Below, in pieces: positions 47,801-60,600 of a stretch of 64,000 nt of DNA. Within the stretch, counting starts at the first letter, position 1, and every line of letters starts with the position of its first letter. The translations under genes and the position numbers were made by a program. The stretch is taken from positions 1 through 64,000 of the forward strand of contig NIVC01002867.1 in assembly GCA_002269645.1 (NCBI GenBank), written 5' to 3'. This stretch comes from Macrostomum lignano (lineage: Eukaryota). Below the pieces are notes generated by a model, which was given only the letters and a program-made list of their open reading frames with translations, did not search any database and had not been told where the DNA came from.

Positions 47801-50800
47801 GTCTGTAGGTTAGCTGGACCTCCTAAACTTGAATTCCACCCCATCTGTGAGGCTCTAAAACAGACTGGCTCTGTGGCGTCAGTACAGTCTGTAGGTTAGC
47901 TGGACCAGTTCAATTAGAATAGGATAAGCCAAATCTGAACACTTTTGCAGCAAGCTCACCACAGTAGATTCAATCTCGTCCTTTGACTAAACTGCGATGA
48001 GGCAACACGTCTGTCCACCGGACTGACCAGCGTCTCAGGTGCCTCAGCCGACTTCTTAGAAGTGTCCAGACGTGAGGTGTCAGCCTATAGTCGACTTAAT
48101 GGCTCTTGGTCTTAAAGTCTTGGTCGATATCTTGCTGGAGTTGCTTGCGTCACTCATCTGCATCAAAGCTGACTTGCCGTCTCCAGACTGGGCCTGTCAA
48201 ATTTGGCATTTATATGAGAATTCAGGATTGACAGTTTACAACTGATATTCTACTGAGACTTTGAAACAGACTGGCATATTGGTGTCAGTGCAGTCTGTAG
48301 GTTAGCTGGACCACCTAAACTTGAATTCCACCTCCCATCTGTGAGGCTCTTCAACAGACTGGCTCAGTTGCGTCAGTGCAGTCTGTAGGTTAGCTGGACC
48401 ACCTAAACTTGAATTCCACCTCTTATCTGTCAGGCTCTTAAACAGACTGGATCAGTTGCGTCAGTGCAGTCTGTAGGTTAGCTGGACCTCCTAAACTTGA
48501 ATTCCACCCCATCTGTGAGGCTCTAAAACAGACTGGCTCTGTGGCGTCAGTACAGTCTGTAGGTTAGCTGGACCAGTTCAATTAGAATAGGATAAGCCAA
48601 ATCTGAACACTTTTGCAGCAAGCTCACCACAGTAGATTCAATCTCGTCCTTTGACTAAACTGCGATGAGGCAACACGTCTGTCCACCGGACTGACCAGCG
48701 TCTCAGGTGCCTCAGCCGACTTCTTAGAAGTGTCCAGACGTGAGGTGTCAGCCTATAGTCGACTTAATGGCTCTTGGTCTTAAAGTCTTGGTCGATATCT
48801 TGCTGGAGTTGCTTGCGTCACTCGTCTGCATCAAAGCTGACTTGCCGTCTCCAGACTGGGCCTGTCAAATTTGGCATTTATATGAGAATTCAGGATTGAC
48901 AGTTTACAACTGATATTCTACTGAGACTTTGAAACAGACTGGCATATTGGTGTCAGTGCAGTCTGTAGGTTAGCTGGACCACCTAAACTTGAATTCCACC
49001 TCCCATCTGTGAGGCTCTTCAACAGACTGGCTCAGTTGCGTCAGTGCAGTCTGTAGGTTAGCTGGACCACCTAAACTTGAATTCCACCTCTTATCTGTGA
49101 GGCTCTTAAACAGACTGGATCAGTTGCGTCAGTGCAGTCTGTAGGTTAGCTGGACCTCCTAAACTTGAATTCCACCCCATCTGTGAGGCTCTAAAACAGA
49201 CTGGCTCTGTGGCGTCAGTACAGTCTGTAGGTTAGCTGGACCAGTTCAATTAGAATAGGATAAGCCAAATCTGAACACTTTTGCAGCAAGCTCACCACAG
49301 TAGATTCAATCTCGTCCTTTGACTAAACTGCGATGAGGCAACACGTCTGTCCACCGGACTGACCAGCGTCTCAGGTGCCTCAGCCGACTTCTTAGAAGTG
49401 TCCAGACGTGAGGTGTCAGCCTATAGTCGACTTAATGGCTCTTGGTCTTAAAGTCTTGGTCGATATCTTGCTGGAGTTGCTTGCGTCACTCGTCTGCATC
49501 AAAGCTGACTTGCCGTCTCCAGACTGGGCCTGTCAAATTTGGCATTTATATGAGAATTCAGGATTGACAGTTTACAACTGATATTCTACTGAGACTTTGA
49601 AACAGACTGGCATATTGGTGTCAGTGCAGTCTGTAGGTTAGCTGGACCACCTAAACTTGAATTCCACCTCCCATCTGTGAGGCTCTTCAACAGACTGGCT
49701 CAGTTGCGTCAGTGCAGTCTGTAGGTTAGCTGGACCACCTAAACTTGAATTCCACCTCCCATCTGTAAGGCTCTTAAACAGACTGGCTCAGTTGCGTCAG
49801 TACAGTCTGTAGGTTAGCTGGACCAGCTTAAGTTGTATGTGCACCGATTTGCTTACCTGGTAGATTTTGCTTTTTGGTCTGGCAGGAAAACATATTTCTG
49901 AAATTTCGATTGAGTAGGTTCTTATTGAGGCTCTTTACTAAAGTTAATCATTTTTTCATCCTAAATAACACTTCGTTTTGGTACTTACTGCAATTTCAAT
50001 GCAATTTTTCAAAAACGTCGTCGAAAACATTTTTCACTGGCTCCCAAGTATTGTTAGATCTAAAAGTCGTGTGTTGTTTTATTAGCTACGTAGTAATCCA
50101 AAGGCTTGGTTTTACTAGAGAATTAGAACGCGAGGAAGTCAATCTTTTAAATTGAATCTTTTCATTTTATGCTTACCTTAGGTATCCAGTCCACTTGATG
50201 TAACATCTGTTACTGTTGCACCTCTCCGGGACTCTGTGTTATTGGGATATCTCCTGCGAGACATTCGTGTCTTCTCGTGTATTGACTATTGACAGTTCAG
50301 TTGAATGTTTCAGTCTATCCGAGAAATTAGGTGGTCCATGTAAGCCTGTTTTAGCTAGACCAAAGGTTTTCACTTTTATAGCTCTGCCCCTCTCTGACTC
50401 GTTTAGTCGACGGACTGTCTGTCCCTTGGACTGTTCCTATTGGCTGGCATTCCCAGTAAGGGTGGTCCGATTTTTACCAACCTCTCCGAAATCAGTCCTT
50501 TACCAATGCAGCTCTAGTCTGTGTGACTGTGTTGTGCGCTTCGAGTTTCGTTTACATGGACCTCAACAGACGATTTGATGTGCGTGCAACTGTGTTTAGT
50601 GGGACCCAGGCTAAACTAAAATAAAAAATATCAGACCTTCGCTTTGAGCTTGGTTTGTTGCTTCCCCACCCCTAAACAGGGATCTGAGAGCAGAACCTTC
50701 TTCTCAAGGCCGAAACTCTCCACCAGGATTATTTCTTATTGTGGTTCGACACTTTTATAAATATCAAATATCAAAAGGAATCTAAAAGAAGGAAAGTCGA

Positions 50801-51361
50801 TAGGCCTATAGGATACAATATCCATTTAAACTACTATCAGCAGCTAACGTGATAAAGGAACCATCATTCGAATATTTTTCGGGCACAAAACCGTGGGAAG
50901 GCTTTGAAGAAAGCTCAACAAAGCCGTGTGTGCCTAATTTAAGATCACGGAAATTAAATATATTACTTTTTTGGCGTAAAAGATGTTGTAAAAAGGTAAA
51001 TTGCCAACAGACTGAAACAGACTGAAACAGACTGAAACAGACTGCAACAGACAAATTCAGAAATTTTCATTGACAATTTTTGTTTAGCTGGACCTTTCAG
51101 ACCCGGTTTAGGTGGACATCGCAAAAAGTCCATGTAAACTGAAATGCATTTTTTTCTGAACATGAATGCCGATGAATGTTGCGCTTTGCGGCACTCATTC
51201 CTGACATCCATTGCTCTGTTTTGTGGTCCTTATAAACCACTCAACGTTGTCTGGAGCAAAAATATTCGGTGGTCCACCTACGCTGTCCACCTAAACCGAA
51301 AGGTCCAGCTAATGCGGCAACTGAACCGACGAAAGGTCCAAGTAAACACACAGACAGTAAC
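44827..51361. mobile_element. Unclassified ~6.5-kb non-autonomous TIR element inserted in a (GACA)n tract
   Basis: Left ctgtctgtgtgtttagcgggacc and right ggtccaagtaaacacacagacag share 15 identical inverted bases plus ggacc; a TTAG(G/C)TGGACC motif is repeated near both ends; no long ORF. Confidence 0.6.
45640..49830. repeat. Hierarchical tandem array: ~668/580-bp units, each with 4 or 3 ~88-bp subrepeats
   Basis: Unit starts at ~45640, 46308, 46888, 47470, 48138, 48806 and 49474; ttagctggacc occurs ~25 times. Confidence 0.95.
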
Positions 51362-51416
<55 letters not shown>

Positions 51417-51419
51417 CTA

Positions 51420-51576
<157 letters not shown>

Positions 51577-51579
51577 CTA

Positions 51580-51749
<170 letters not shown>

Positions 51750-52548
51750 CAAAATTCGCAAGCACAAGGTAACTGGATTTTCTCATTTAATTTAATCAAA
51801 CGACCGCCCGCTATACCTGCTGTCATTGCCAACTGAACACCCACGCAAACAACTCCTCAATCAATGATTTTTTTCTCTCTGTCCAGGCCTCACCTCATTT
51901 CAGATATCTCAATTCCTTTATCCAGGCACTTCAAGCTTATAGCAGCAAAAGCTTAGTGAAGTATGGCGAGTTCAGATATATCAGTTGTTCCAAGAACCCG
52001 CGCGTATCTTGGCTTGACAAGATAACCGGCCCAACAAGAGGACTCACATATCTCACGAACGTGTCGCACGTGTCGTAGGGATATCAAACAGAAGGCAAGC
52101 AGTGGTACCGTATCCTTATCAACCTGTCACTGTGACTGCGCAACAGGATTGATATGATGTGTGAATTTGCCATCCGGTTGCTTCTAGAAAATTTTCTATA
52201 AATGCGATTACTGCTTTATGCAAATATTTAACTGAACTAAACAAGCCAAACTGATATTATCAAGCAATCGACGAAGAAACAAGAAGGTAAGCAGCGTCTC
52301 TTCATTGCTTGTTTGTGCAATTTTTTCGTCTCTTGTTGTTCTCTCAGTTTTTCTCTGTATCATTCTACACCTCTACCTAATCCATCTATTTAAAATTCTC
52401 TGTATCTCTCCGACTCCTATAGTCTCCTATTTTCCATCCGTATTTCTGAATTTCGGTGGGCAATTTTAGATTTCACTTGTCACGTACGTAGTTACGCAAC
52501 ATTTTTAATGAATAATTACTTAATTATATTCCTTCCCGACCGGACAGA

Positions 52549-52848
52549 ATGAAGTGCGTTTTCCTGATTTTCCTGGGACTGGCGGCATTCATGGTGCAGC
52601 CGTCGGAGCAGAAGGTCAACTGGGACATCTCGGTGGACATCACGAAGATCATCAACTACGGCCTGAACAAGCTGGACACGATGTTCTCCTGCGCTAAGTA
52701 CGACGGCGTCAGGGGCGCCGGCTGCTGGCACAACAACTGGGAGAAGCGCGACCTCATGTGCAAGAGGCTGAGCGCGTGCTGGTCCAGGCGCTGGTCCTAC
52801 AGCCACAGTCTGCTGGGCGGCCGCTGCTACTGCTGCCACTGTCCTTGA
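52549..52848 (+). CDS. Secreted 99-aa Cys-rich peptide, copy 3
   Basis: Protein identical to copies 1 and 2; flanks match copy 2. Confidence 0.85.
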   Translation: MKCVFLIFLGLAAFMVQPSEQKVNWDISVDITKIINYGLNKLDTMFSCAKYDGVRGAGCWHNNWEKRDLMCKRLSACWSRRWSYSHSLLGGRCYCCHCP

Positions 52849-53663
52849 ACTCGCTGTCCCTGACTTCCATTCTGTGCGTGTCTTAATGACAGGCAATTGA
52901 AAAGCAAACATACCTAATAAAGGCCTTGTTGGATCAGCCTGCCAAATTGTGGCATTATTAGCAAAATGCGGCTCATTTTTGCGTTTTATTAAACTAACTG
53001 CAACTAATGCGGTAAATCAATGAGTGATGAATCCATGGGTGATAGTGAATCATGAGTGACGAATGCATGGGTGATAGTGAATCATGAGTGATGAATGCAT
53101 GGGTGATAGTGAATCATGAGTGATGAATGCATGGGTGATAGTGAATCATGAGTGACGAATGCATGGGTGATAGTGAATCATGAGTGACGAATGCATGGGT
53201 GATAGTGAATCATGAGTGATGAATGCATGGGTGATAGTGAATCATGAGTGATGAATGCATGGGTGATAGTGAATCATGAGTGATGAATGCATGGGTGATA
53301 GTGAATCATGAGTGATGAATGCATGGGTGATAGTGAATCATGAGTGACGAATGCATGGGTGATAGTGAATCATGAGTGATGAATGCATGGGTGATAGTGA
53401 ATCATGAGTGATGAATGCATGGGTGATAGTGAATCATGAGTGATGAATGCATGGGTGATAGTGAATCATGAGTGATGAATGCATGGGTGATAGTGAATCA
53501 TGAGTGATGAATGCATGGGTGATGATGAATCATGAGTGATGAATGCATGGGTGATAGTGAATCATGAGTGATGAATGCATGGGTGATAGTGAATCATGAG
53601 TGATGAATCCATGGGTGATAGTGAATCATGAGTGATGAATGCATGGGTGATTGTGAATCATGA

Positions 53664-53772
53664 GTTCAGGCCATAGTTGATGACCTTGGTCAGGTCTGCG
53701 AAGCTCCGAATGCATGGGTGCACCATGCAGGACTGTCGCAAGGCCCAGGAGAATGAGGCGGATCGGTGACAT
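53664..53772 (-). pseudogene. Diverged, truncated inverted paralog of the peptide gene
   Basis: cag|aATG TCA CCG ATC CGC CTC ATT CTC CTG GGC CTT GCG (MSPIRLILLGLA vs MKCVFLIFLGLA), then GAC CTG ACC AAG GTC ATC AAC TAT GGC CTG AAC (DLTKVINYGLN vs DITKIINYGLN) in another frame; breaks off into the satellite. Confidence 0.75.
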
Positions 53773-55273
53773 TCTGAACGGGTTAAACAACAGTGAAGCG
53801 TCTACTTGCATCTACTAGAATAAAGATCAAGCTGGGAAAAATTCGCATTCATTGTGAGAGGATATTATGAAAAAGTAAATAATTGTTTTGGTTGGTATTA
53901 CTTTTGCAACTGCGTCCTAACTTAAAAGAGCGAGAAAACTAGTGCATTCAATATACGCTCGTACATGTACAACCCTGTGTACCAATCAGCACTACACGCC
54001 TCCCCTCAGTGCGGCCTTACCAAAGCCCCCAAACTTCATCAAAACCACGTGTGTGCTTGCATCAGCTCTGACTTGTTTGGTCCCTGCAGACCTTCACCCA
54101 CATATACATGTAAAAGCTTCCTAAGCCTTAAAAAACAACAGCACCAGGTGCTACATGTATATGAATGCATGGACACCATGTTTATAAATTCTCTGATCAT
54201 GCAAGCTTCATTAATATATGGGCAATCAGCAACTGCTAGACACCCTCAGCTAGTCACTAGCTCAAGCAATCGGTCACCCCGATACCGTCATAGATATTAG
54301 CACCAGCAGCAGGGGTGCTTACATGTGTACATGCATATATGGTCATCCTATGATCCTAATACAGATTTCTCTAATTTCGCTGCTCAGCTATAGTTGAGAT
54401 TCGACAGTTTCTCATTTTTCAACAAACAGCAGTCAATCGTGAGTTCTACCAACTGACCGACCAAATCCGCGTTAAGTGGAGTACGTAGAAAGAGCCTCAT
54501 GCGCATTATCGTTTTACTGGTTGAAATTTAATTAGCTATCCATGGCTCGGGGAGGACCAGTTGCTGCTCTACATATAGCAACTGCTGACTGTTACAGGTA
54601 TTTCCACGGATATTAAGCTATAAATTAGGGACTCCGTACGGATTCAAAGAGTTAAAATCTTGTGACTGGTTAGATCATGCGATAGTGTTGACAGTTCCGG
54701 CAAAGGCTTCTTGTTGTATGCAAATATTACGAGAATGGAGGTCCATAAAAGTTTGCTCGCTAGTCAAACTAGCACTATATAGGTAAAACAACAACGAACA
54801 ACAACAAAAACAACTAATACTATCACTACTAATACTGCTACTATACTAAATATAAATAGTAATATCATCAAAACAGCCCTCAAATAAAAAGCAGCTATGA
54901 AGCTTGTATTGCTTCGCTTCTTTTAAGAGCTTACAGTTATCGTACGCGTAGAGCAGGATAAGATAATAGAATGGCTTCCACTTTATTTCGGTTGATAATA
55001 TTTGATTTAATGTGTCAACACTGTCAATATGTATATTTCATTTTTGAAATCGATGAATCATGTTCAAGTTGAATTGTTGAAAGTATAGTGCAGATCACTC
55101 ACTACAGATCGAACTCAATATTAACTACTAGTGTGAACATATTAAGAATTCAGCATCATCATAATTGGTAAATTGCCCAAAGTTAAGCTTCAGTAGCGGA
55201 ATTATAGGGGGGTGGGGCGCCCCCTCTAAGTTAGATTTTTTTATATGGTATTATGGGTTCTCATATTTTTATA

Positions 55274-55777
55274 GGCAGTGCTTATCCCCACGGTACCGTA
55301 GGAATAATTTCTGTCTTATTCCAACGGTACCGTGCGAATAATTTTCTGCTTATCCGCACGGCACACTAACGAGATAGCTGCCCTATCTTCTACATATGCC
55401 GTGCGAATAATTTTCTGCTTATCCGCATAGCACGCAATTTGAATTATTTGTTACTACACAAAAAAATTCTTTCTCATAGAAAAGTCGTTAAATCTTTATT
55501 TCTTTAGAACAAATGTTCAAGCCAAGTTATGTTGTTATACTGCACTCAAATCGTATGTACTAAACTTCCCACACGGCATATGTAGAAGATAGGGCAGCTA
55601 TCTTGTCAGTGTGCCGTGCGGATAAGCAGAAAATTATTCGCACGGCATATGTAGAAGATAGGGCAGCTATCTCGTCAGTGTGCCGTGCGGATAGGGCCTA
55701 AGCAGAAAATTATTCGCACGGTACCGTTGGAATAAGACAGAAATTATTCCTACGGTACCGTGGGGATAAGCACTGCC
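55274..55777. mobile_element. 504-bp foldback MITE, Mutator-like
   Basis: Long TIRs GGCAGTGCTTATCCCCACGGTACC...; perfect 9-bp TSD atttttata (55265-55273, 55778-55786); internal repeated cgtgcgaataattttctgcttatccgca. Confidence 0.9.
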
Positions 55778-57055
55778 ATTTTTATATGAATAAATAAGCA
55801 AAAGCAATGATACCTTAGTAATCAATAATCAGCGCCCCCGTTTATGTCATATCATGCTCATAGGCCTAGAATATCCTCATGTAATGGAATGTCATATGCT
55901 CATAGGCCTAGTAAGTATTTATTGCATAGCATTTATATAGTCACTATAACAATAACTGCCTAAAATATAATATTAGTAATTTAGTAATCTATCTATATTG
56001 TAATGTGAGACTAAGACTAAGGTAAGTCACAAAGGGCCTAAGAGCCAAGCAATAGCAAGGGCTAATACACTTGAAACTTATTAAATAAAAGGAAAAATAC
56101 TAAATAAGCAATATAGATAGGCCTAGCCATAGGGCCTATCATAGGTCATAGGTAGCTAGGCCTAATATAGACATAGCATAGGTGTAGGCTAGGCCTATCT
56201 AATTATATTTGCTTGATGACTTGACTTTTAATAATAACAATAACAGTAATTTTTGTTTTGTTTGTTTTTCTAGTATTGTTTATAGGCAAATGCTGCAAAT
56301 TTGTTTTTTTGAGCCATATAGGGGTAGGGCCCCTTGAAAATCTTATTGGCAACTGGATTTTTGGCATCAAAGGCCAATCTGGCAACTTCATTTCCCTGTG
56401 CCAGTTGCTAGGCCTAATTTCAATAAATATTTTGTAAAGATAATAAAAGTTGCCATAGGTAGGGACTTCAATGAGGCAAAATTATCCCGTTCAAAATTGT
56501 AAAAATGGCAAAAAAAGCCTATCTTTCTACACTTATAACTATTGAAAGGAGTAAAGTGTGAAGTAAAGTTAATATACTTTGAAAAGGCAACATTTTTTTC
56601 TTTCAAATAAGACCAGCTTTATTGAAAACCATTGATTTATTACAAAGCTATACTTACTCAAAGTTTTGCTTTCTTTTAAAAAAAAATGTATGTGTGACGG
56701 TTGCAAAAAATGCACATGTTTCGGAATTTGAATTTTTCTAAGAAATGCATCATTTTTTATGCAATGAAACGATTGTAATACAAAGGGAATACATTAGAGA
56801 ACATTTTAAAGACTTTTCAGCCATATTTGTTATTATGCAAGTAGGAGAAAAACATGTTTTTTTTAGTTTTTATCATTTTACTCACTGAAGCTCCATAGCG
56901 CCGCAGTTCTCCCATAGCTAATCAGACGCCCACATTTGTTAGCTACAAGACGAAAAAAGAATCATGAAAATCGGTTGCTGCGCAATGCTGCGCGAGCAGT
57001 TTAAAGTCAGCCATCCCATTTGTGATCAAAGTAGGTTTTGCCCTTGAATCATTAG

Positions 57056-57503
57056 GGCGATCATGAACTTTCCCGCGTTTAATTATTTTTTATCTTGTTC
57101 GTAAATTTCCAGCTTTGAAGACATTGAAGACATGGCCGGAAGACCTGCCGCACCAACAACTATAGTCGAGCCAGCCGATGTTCTTCCTGCCATTGAGCTG
57201 ACCGAGTTGGACCTCAACCACCGTGAGCTGGCCCTGCTGACGGATGACACAGCAGTCCAGTGGCTGGCACGGCATGGACTTCTGCGGAACAGCATCGACT
57301 GCCCGAACTGTGCCACCGCAATGTCCTATTCTGGATCTGCCACTACTACCCCTGCTGACTGTGACTCTTTATTAACTAATAATCGTGGTACCTAGTGTTT
57401 TTTATGCCCCTGAACTTTAATAATACTAATTTTCATCACCCCGCACTTAAAGGTTACGAACAAGATAAAAAAATAATTAAACGCGGGAAAGTTCATGATC
57501 GCC
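57056..57503 (+). mobile_element. Internally deleted Merlin (IS1016/IS1595-like) element
   Basis: ~49-bp TIRs GGCGATCATGAACTTTCCCGCGTTTAATTATTTTTTATCTTGTTCGTAA; direct repeat tcattag on both flanks; ORF 57132-57395 AVQWLARHGLLRNSIDCPNCATAM resembles the Merlin N-terminal Zn ribbon; DDE core absent. Confidence 0.78.
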
Positions 57504-57621
57504 TCATTAGTTTGTCATTCGGCTGTTTTTCTACTTGACCATTATGATTATAACCGATGCTTGCATTTTAGGCAGCTTGCACATGCTTTCGTGCATTTCA
57601 GAAGCGATCAGGTTTCGGGGA

Positions 57622-60600
57622 TTAATCGTCATCCTCTAGCATGTTCAGATCACCAGCGTAGAAGTCCGAGTACAGGTTGTACTCGAATCTTTCTCCAGGG
57701 AAATTGTCGAACTCGACCTCAAACATCCTGGACAGGATGTCCAAGTTCCGAGCCGTCGGCAACTCGCGGATGACGGCGCCCTCTTCCCACTGCTCCCCAT
57801 CGGCATACAAGAACTTCACTTCAATTCTTCGTCCAGGCAGCTCTGGGCAGGACTCGAGCGTCCGAACTGTGGTTTCAGGAGCCTCGTCTGCAGCATCGTC
57901 ATCGTCCTGAATTCTCCATCCTCGTCCCCTGCCTCTACCGCGTCCTCGGCCACGTCCTCGGCCGCGTCCTCGGCCGCGTCCTCGCTGAGGCGCCGGCGGC
58001 TGGACCTCACGTGGCTTCAGCTTCTTGGCCACCAGCTCACGGACTCTTGCGCTACATTCTTGGGGCGGCAGAACGTCTCCAGACGCAGAAGTGGAGGCAG
58101 AAGGGACGAGCTCCTGCTCTTGAGCATTCAGGATGTCAAGGAGCTCCCCCAGCTGATCCTGAAGCTGAGCTGTGCTGTGCTGCCTGCCTCTCTCCGAGAA
58201 GTGCAGCAGCGTAACCTTGCCTGGTGGCAGCGGAGCCTCTAAAATGTGTTAAATAAATTGCTTAGAATAGATAGCAAAATAGTCCCATGTATTCGTAGCT
58301 TACGCATGGCCTTGTGAAGTCGAAGCTGGGCTTTCACAGCCTGCTCGACGCTGTTGGCCGCGAGGGATGGGATGACCGCATACATCTCCTCGCGAGTCTT
58401 CCAAAGGCCGCCGTACTGAAGTACGATGCGCGACTGTTTCCGGAGATTGGCGGCCTCCTTCTCCTTCTTGCGACGCTTATCGTCCAGTCGCTGTTGCAGC
58501 AGCTCCTGTCGAGTATTCTGTAGCATCTCACCTGATGCTCGCCATCGCTTTTCCATCAGCGGAGCCAGCACGCGAGCCCTTGCGAAAACAGCATCGCGCT
58601 CCTCGGCTGTCTTTTGCTGAATCCACTCACTGGTTGCGTTCTGGCCGAATAGCACCAGCGCTTCACGAGCAAGCGGCCTCATGTTTGGCTTGTCGCGCAC
58701 GCCTTTGTCAAGGATGCCGAAGACTCGCTCACCGGGAACGTTGTCCTTCGGAGCGCCTGCAGCGTGCTGCGAATCCTCAGCCGACAGCTGGCGAAGCTGA
58801 CCTCCTGGCAGGTGGTCCCGGACCTCTCGCTCAGCCAGTACAACCATGGAGGCGCAGATGGTCTAAAGGAAATGGATAAGTGAAATATGTACATATAGGT
58901 GTAGTTATAGACGCTGCGAAATTCAACAGGTCAAAGCTGCAATCCACACAAACTTACCTGAACTGCAAGCGTCACCAAAGCATTGTCGGCGATCGTCACC
59001 TCATCGGTCGTCAAACTCTCCCACACAGTTCGAGCCTCCTGATCCTTCAGTATGCTCTCCATGATGTCCGGGAACGGGCCGGTCGATGAGCTCGACACCA
59101 CGAACGCAGAAGTCGCGACAGACCGCAGCCACTGACACGCCGTCTCGTAATGTTTGTTCATGTCAATGATGCTGACCTGCTGATGCCGGAGCAGCACCCA
59201 CAGCGGCCGGACAAAGAGGAAGTCGATCAGCCCAAGTGCGCGGCACCCACACAGCAGCAGTCGAGCATTCACGTCGGCATTGACTGCAAGCAGAAGCCGG
59301 TTGGAGTTCGGGTACTGGCGCAGAAACAATGCGATCATATCTCGTTGCCAGAAGATGAAGCCTCCATTCGGGAAGATTACGTAACTGCGGTTACCACGGA
59401 AATCTTCCATCCGGAATCGGCCACCGTCCGTCTCGGACCTGACGAAGGTTGCAAACTGCGAGGCGACACCAGCCTGCTCGTCGCCCAGTGGGTGTAGCGC
59501 CTTGCACGCCGTGCGAATGAGGCGCTGTGTGCCGGATTCTGCCTTCGACGGGCGGAAAGCGCCCAGAGCAGCGGCACCGACAGGACCTGAGGCGACAGAC
59601 TTCTCAAAGTCACGCAACGCTGACTCAGCTGCAGCAGCCAGATTGACAATTAAGTGCATTCCGCAGTAAAGAGCGATCACCGGCGATGGTGCTGACATCC
59701 CGAGATTCTGGGCGAGCGGCTCGCGCATCTCGTCCAACAGCAGGCGAAGGCTGCGATTCACGACGTGGCGATCGGTCATCATGAACTTGATGCGGAGCAG
59801 CACACTCGCCTTCAGTCGCCGATGCTCCTGCTCACGCTCAGCATCAGTCCAGTCGCTAGCTTCTTGGCTGATGAGGGACACGAAGGCGTCAATCAACTCA
59901 TCCATCGAGGAGTCCATCTCACGAGCATACATCCGTGCGGTGCCGCCCTCCACCTCTCGGAGACTCAAGGTCACTTGGCAACCGTCGCCAGTGTCAACCT
60001 GCGGTTTTGGGAATGTAAGAAACTATATGAGTTTCAACCCTGACAATTCCATACCAGTACATGCACACAAGCTATTTACCTGGTACTCGGCGAAGTGGCG
60101 ACCCTTCTTGGAAGTAGCATCGGTCATCAGCGTCAGTGGCCGGTCATCATCGACGGCCTTCAGGATCTTCTCCAGCGCCGCAGCCTTAGCCAGACTGCTG
60201 CCGATGCTGTAGGCCAAGGTGGTCACCAGGGTAGTAGAAGGCAGGCGCAGCTGCTGGACAGCAAACCCTCCCAGTGTGCCAAGCACTGTGCTGATGGTTG
60301 GACTGACCAGTTGCACTGGCACATGGCAGTCCAGTACGAGACGCACACAGGTCTCAATCACTGGCCGGGTGAACTGCAGGCCACCTCGCTCCGGGCGGGT
60401 CTCCATTGTCTTGAGCACAGTAAAGTGAGGCTCTGTGCTCCGGCAAATGGTGTCGTGGGCAGCACGGACCTCTCGCTGCAATGACGCGATGGTCTCCCTC
60501 GCCTTGGTCAGATCGCGCGTTCTCCGTAGCAGAAGCTTCCTCTGATCCTGCAGGCGACGATTCTGTGCACGCAGCGATTTCGACAATGGGTCGATTCTGG

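Noticed and set aside
45640-49830. CRISPR-like regular repeats with hairpins
   Set aside because: The intervening sequences are near-identical rather than unique spacers, the context is eukaryotic, and no cas genes are present.
50660-50730. Possible hammerhead ribozyme (ctgagag...ccgaaac)
   Set aside because: The CUGANGA core is imperfect and stem II does not pair properly.
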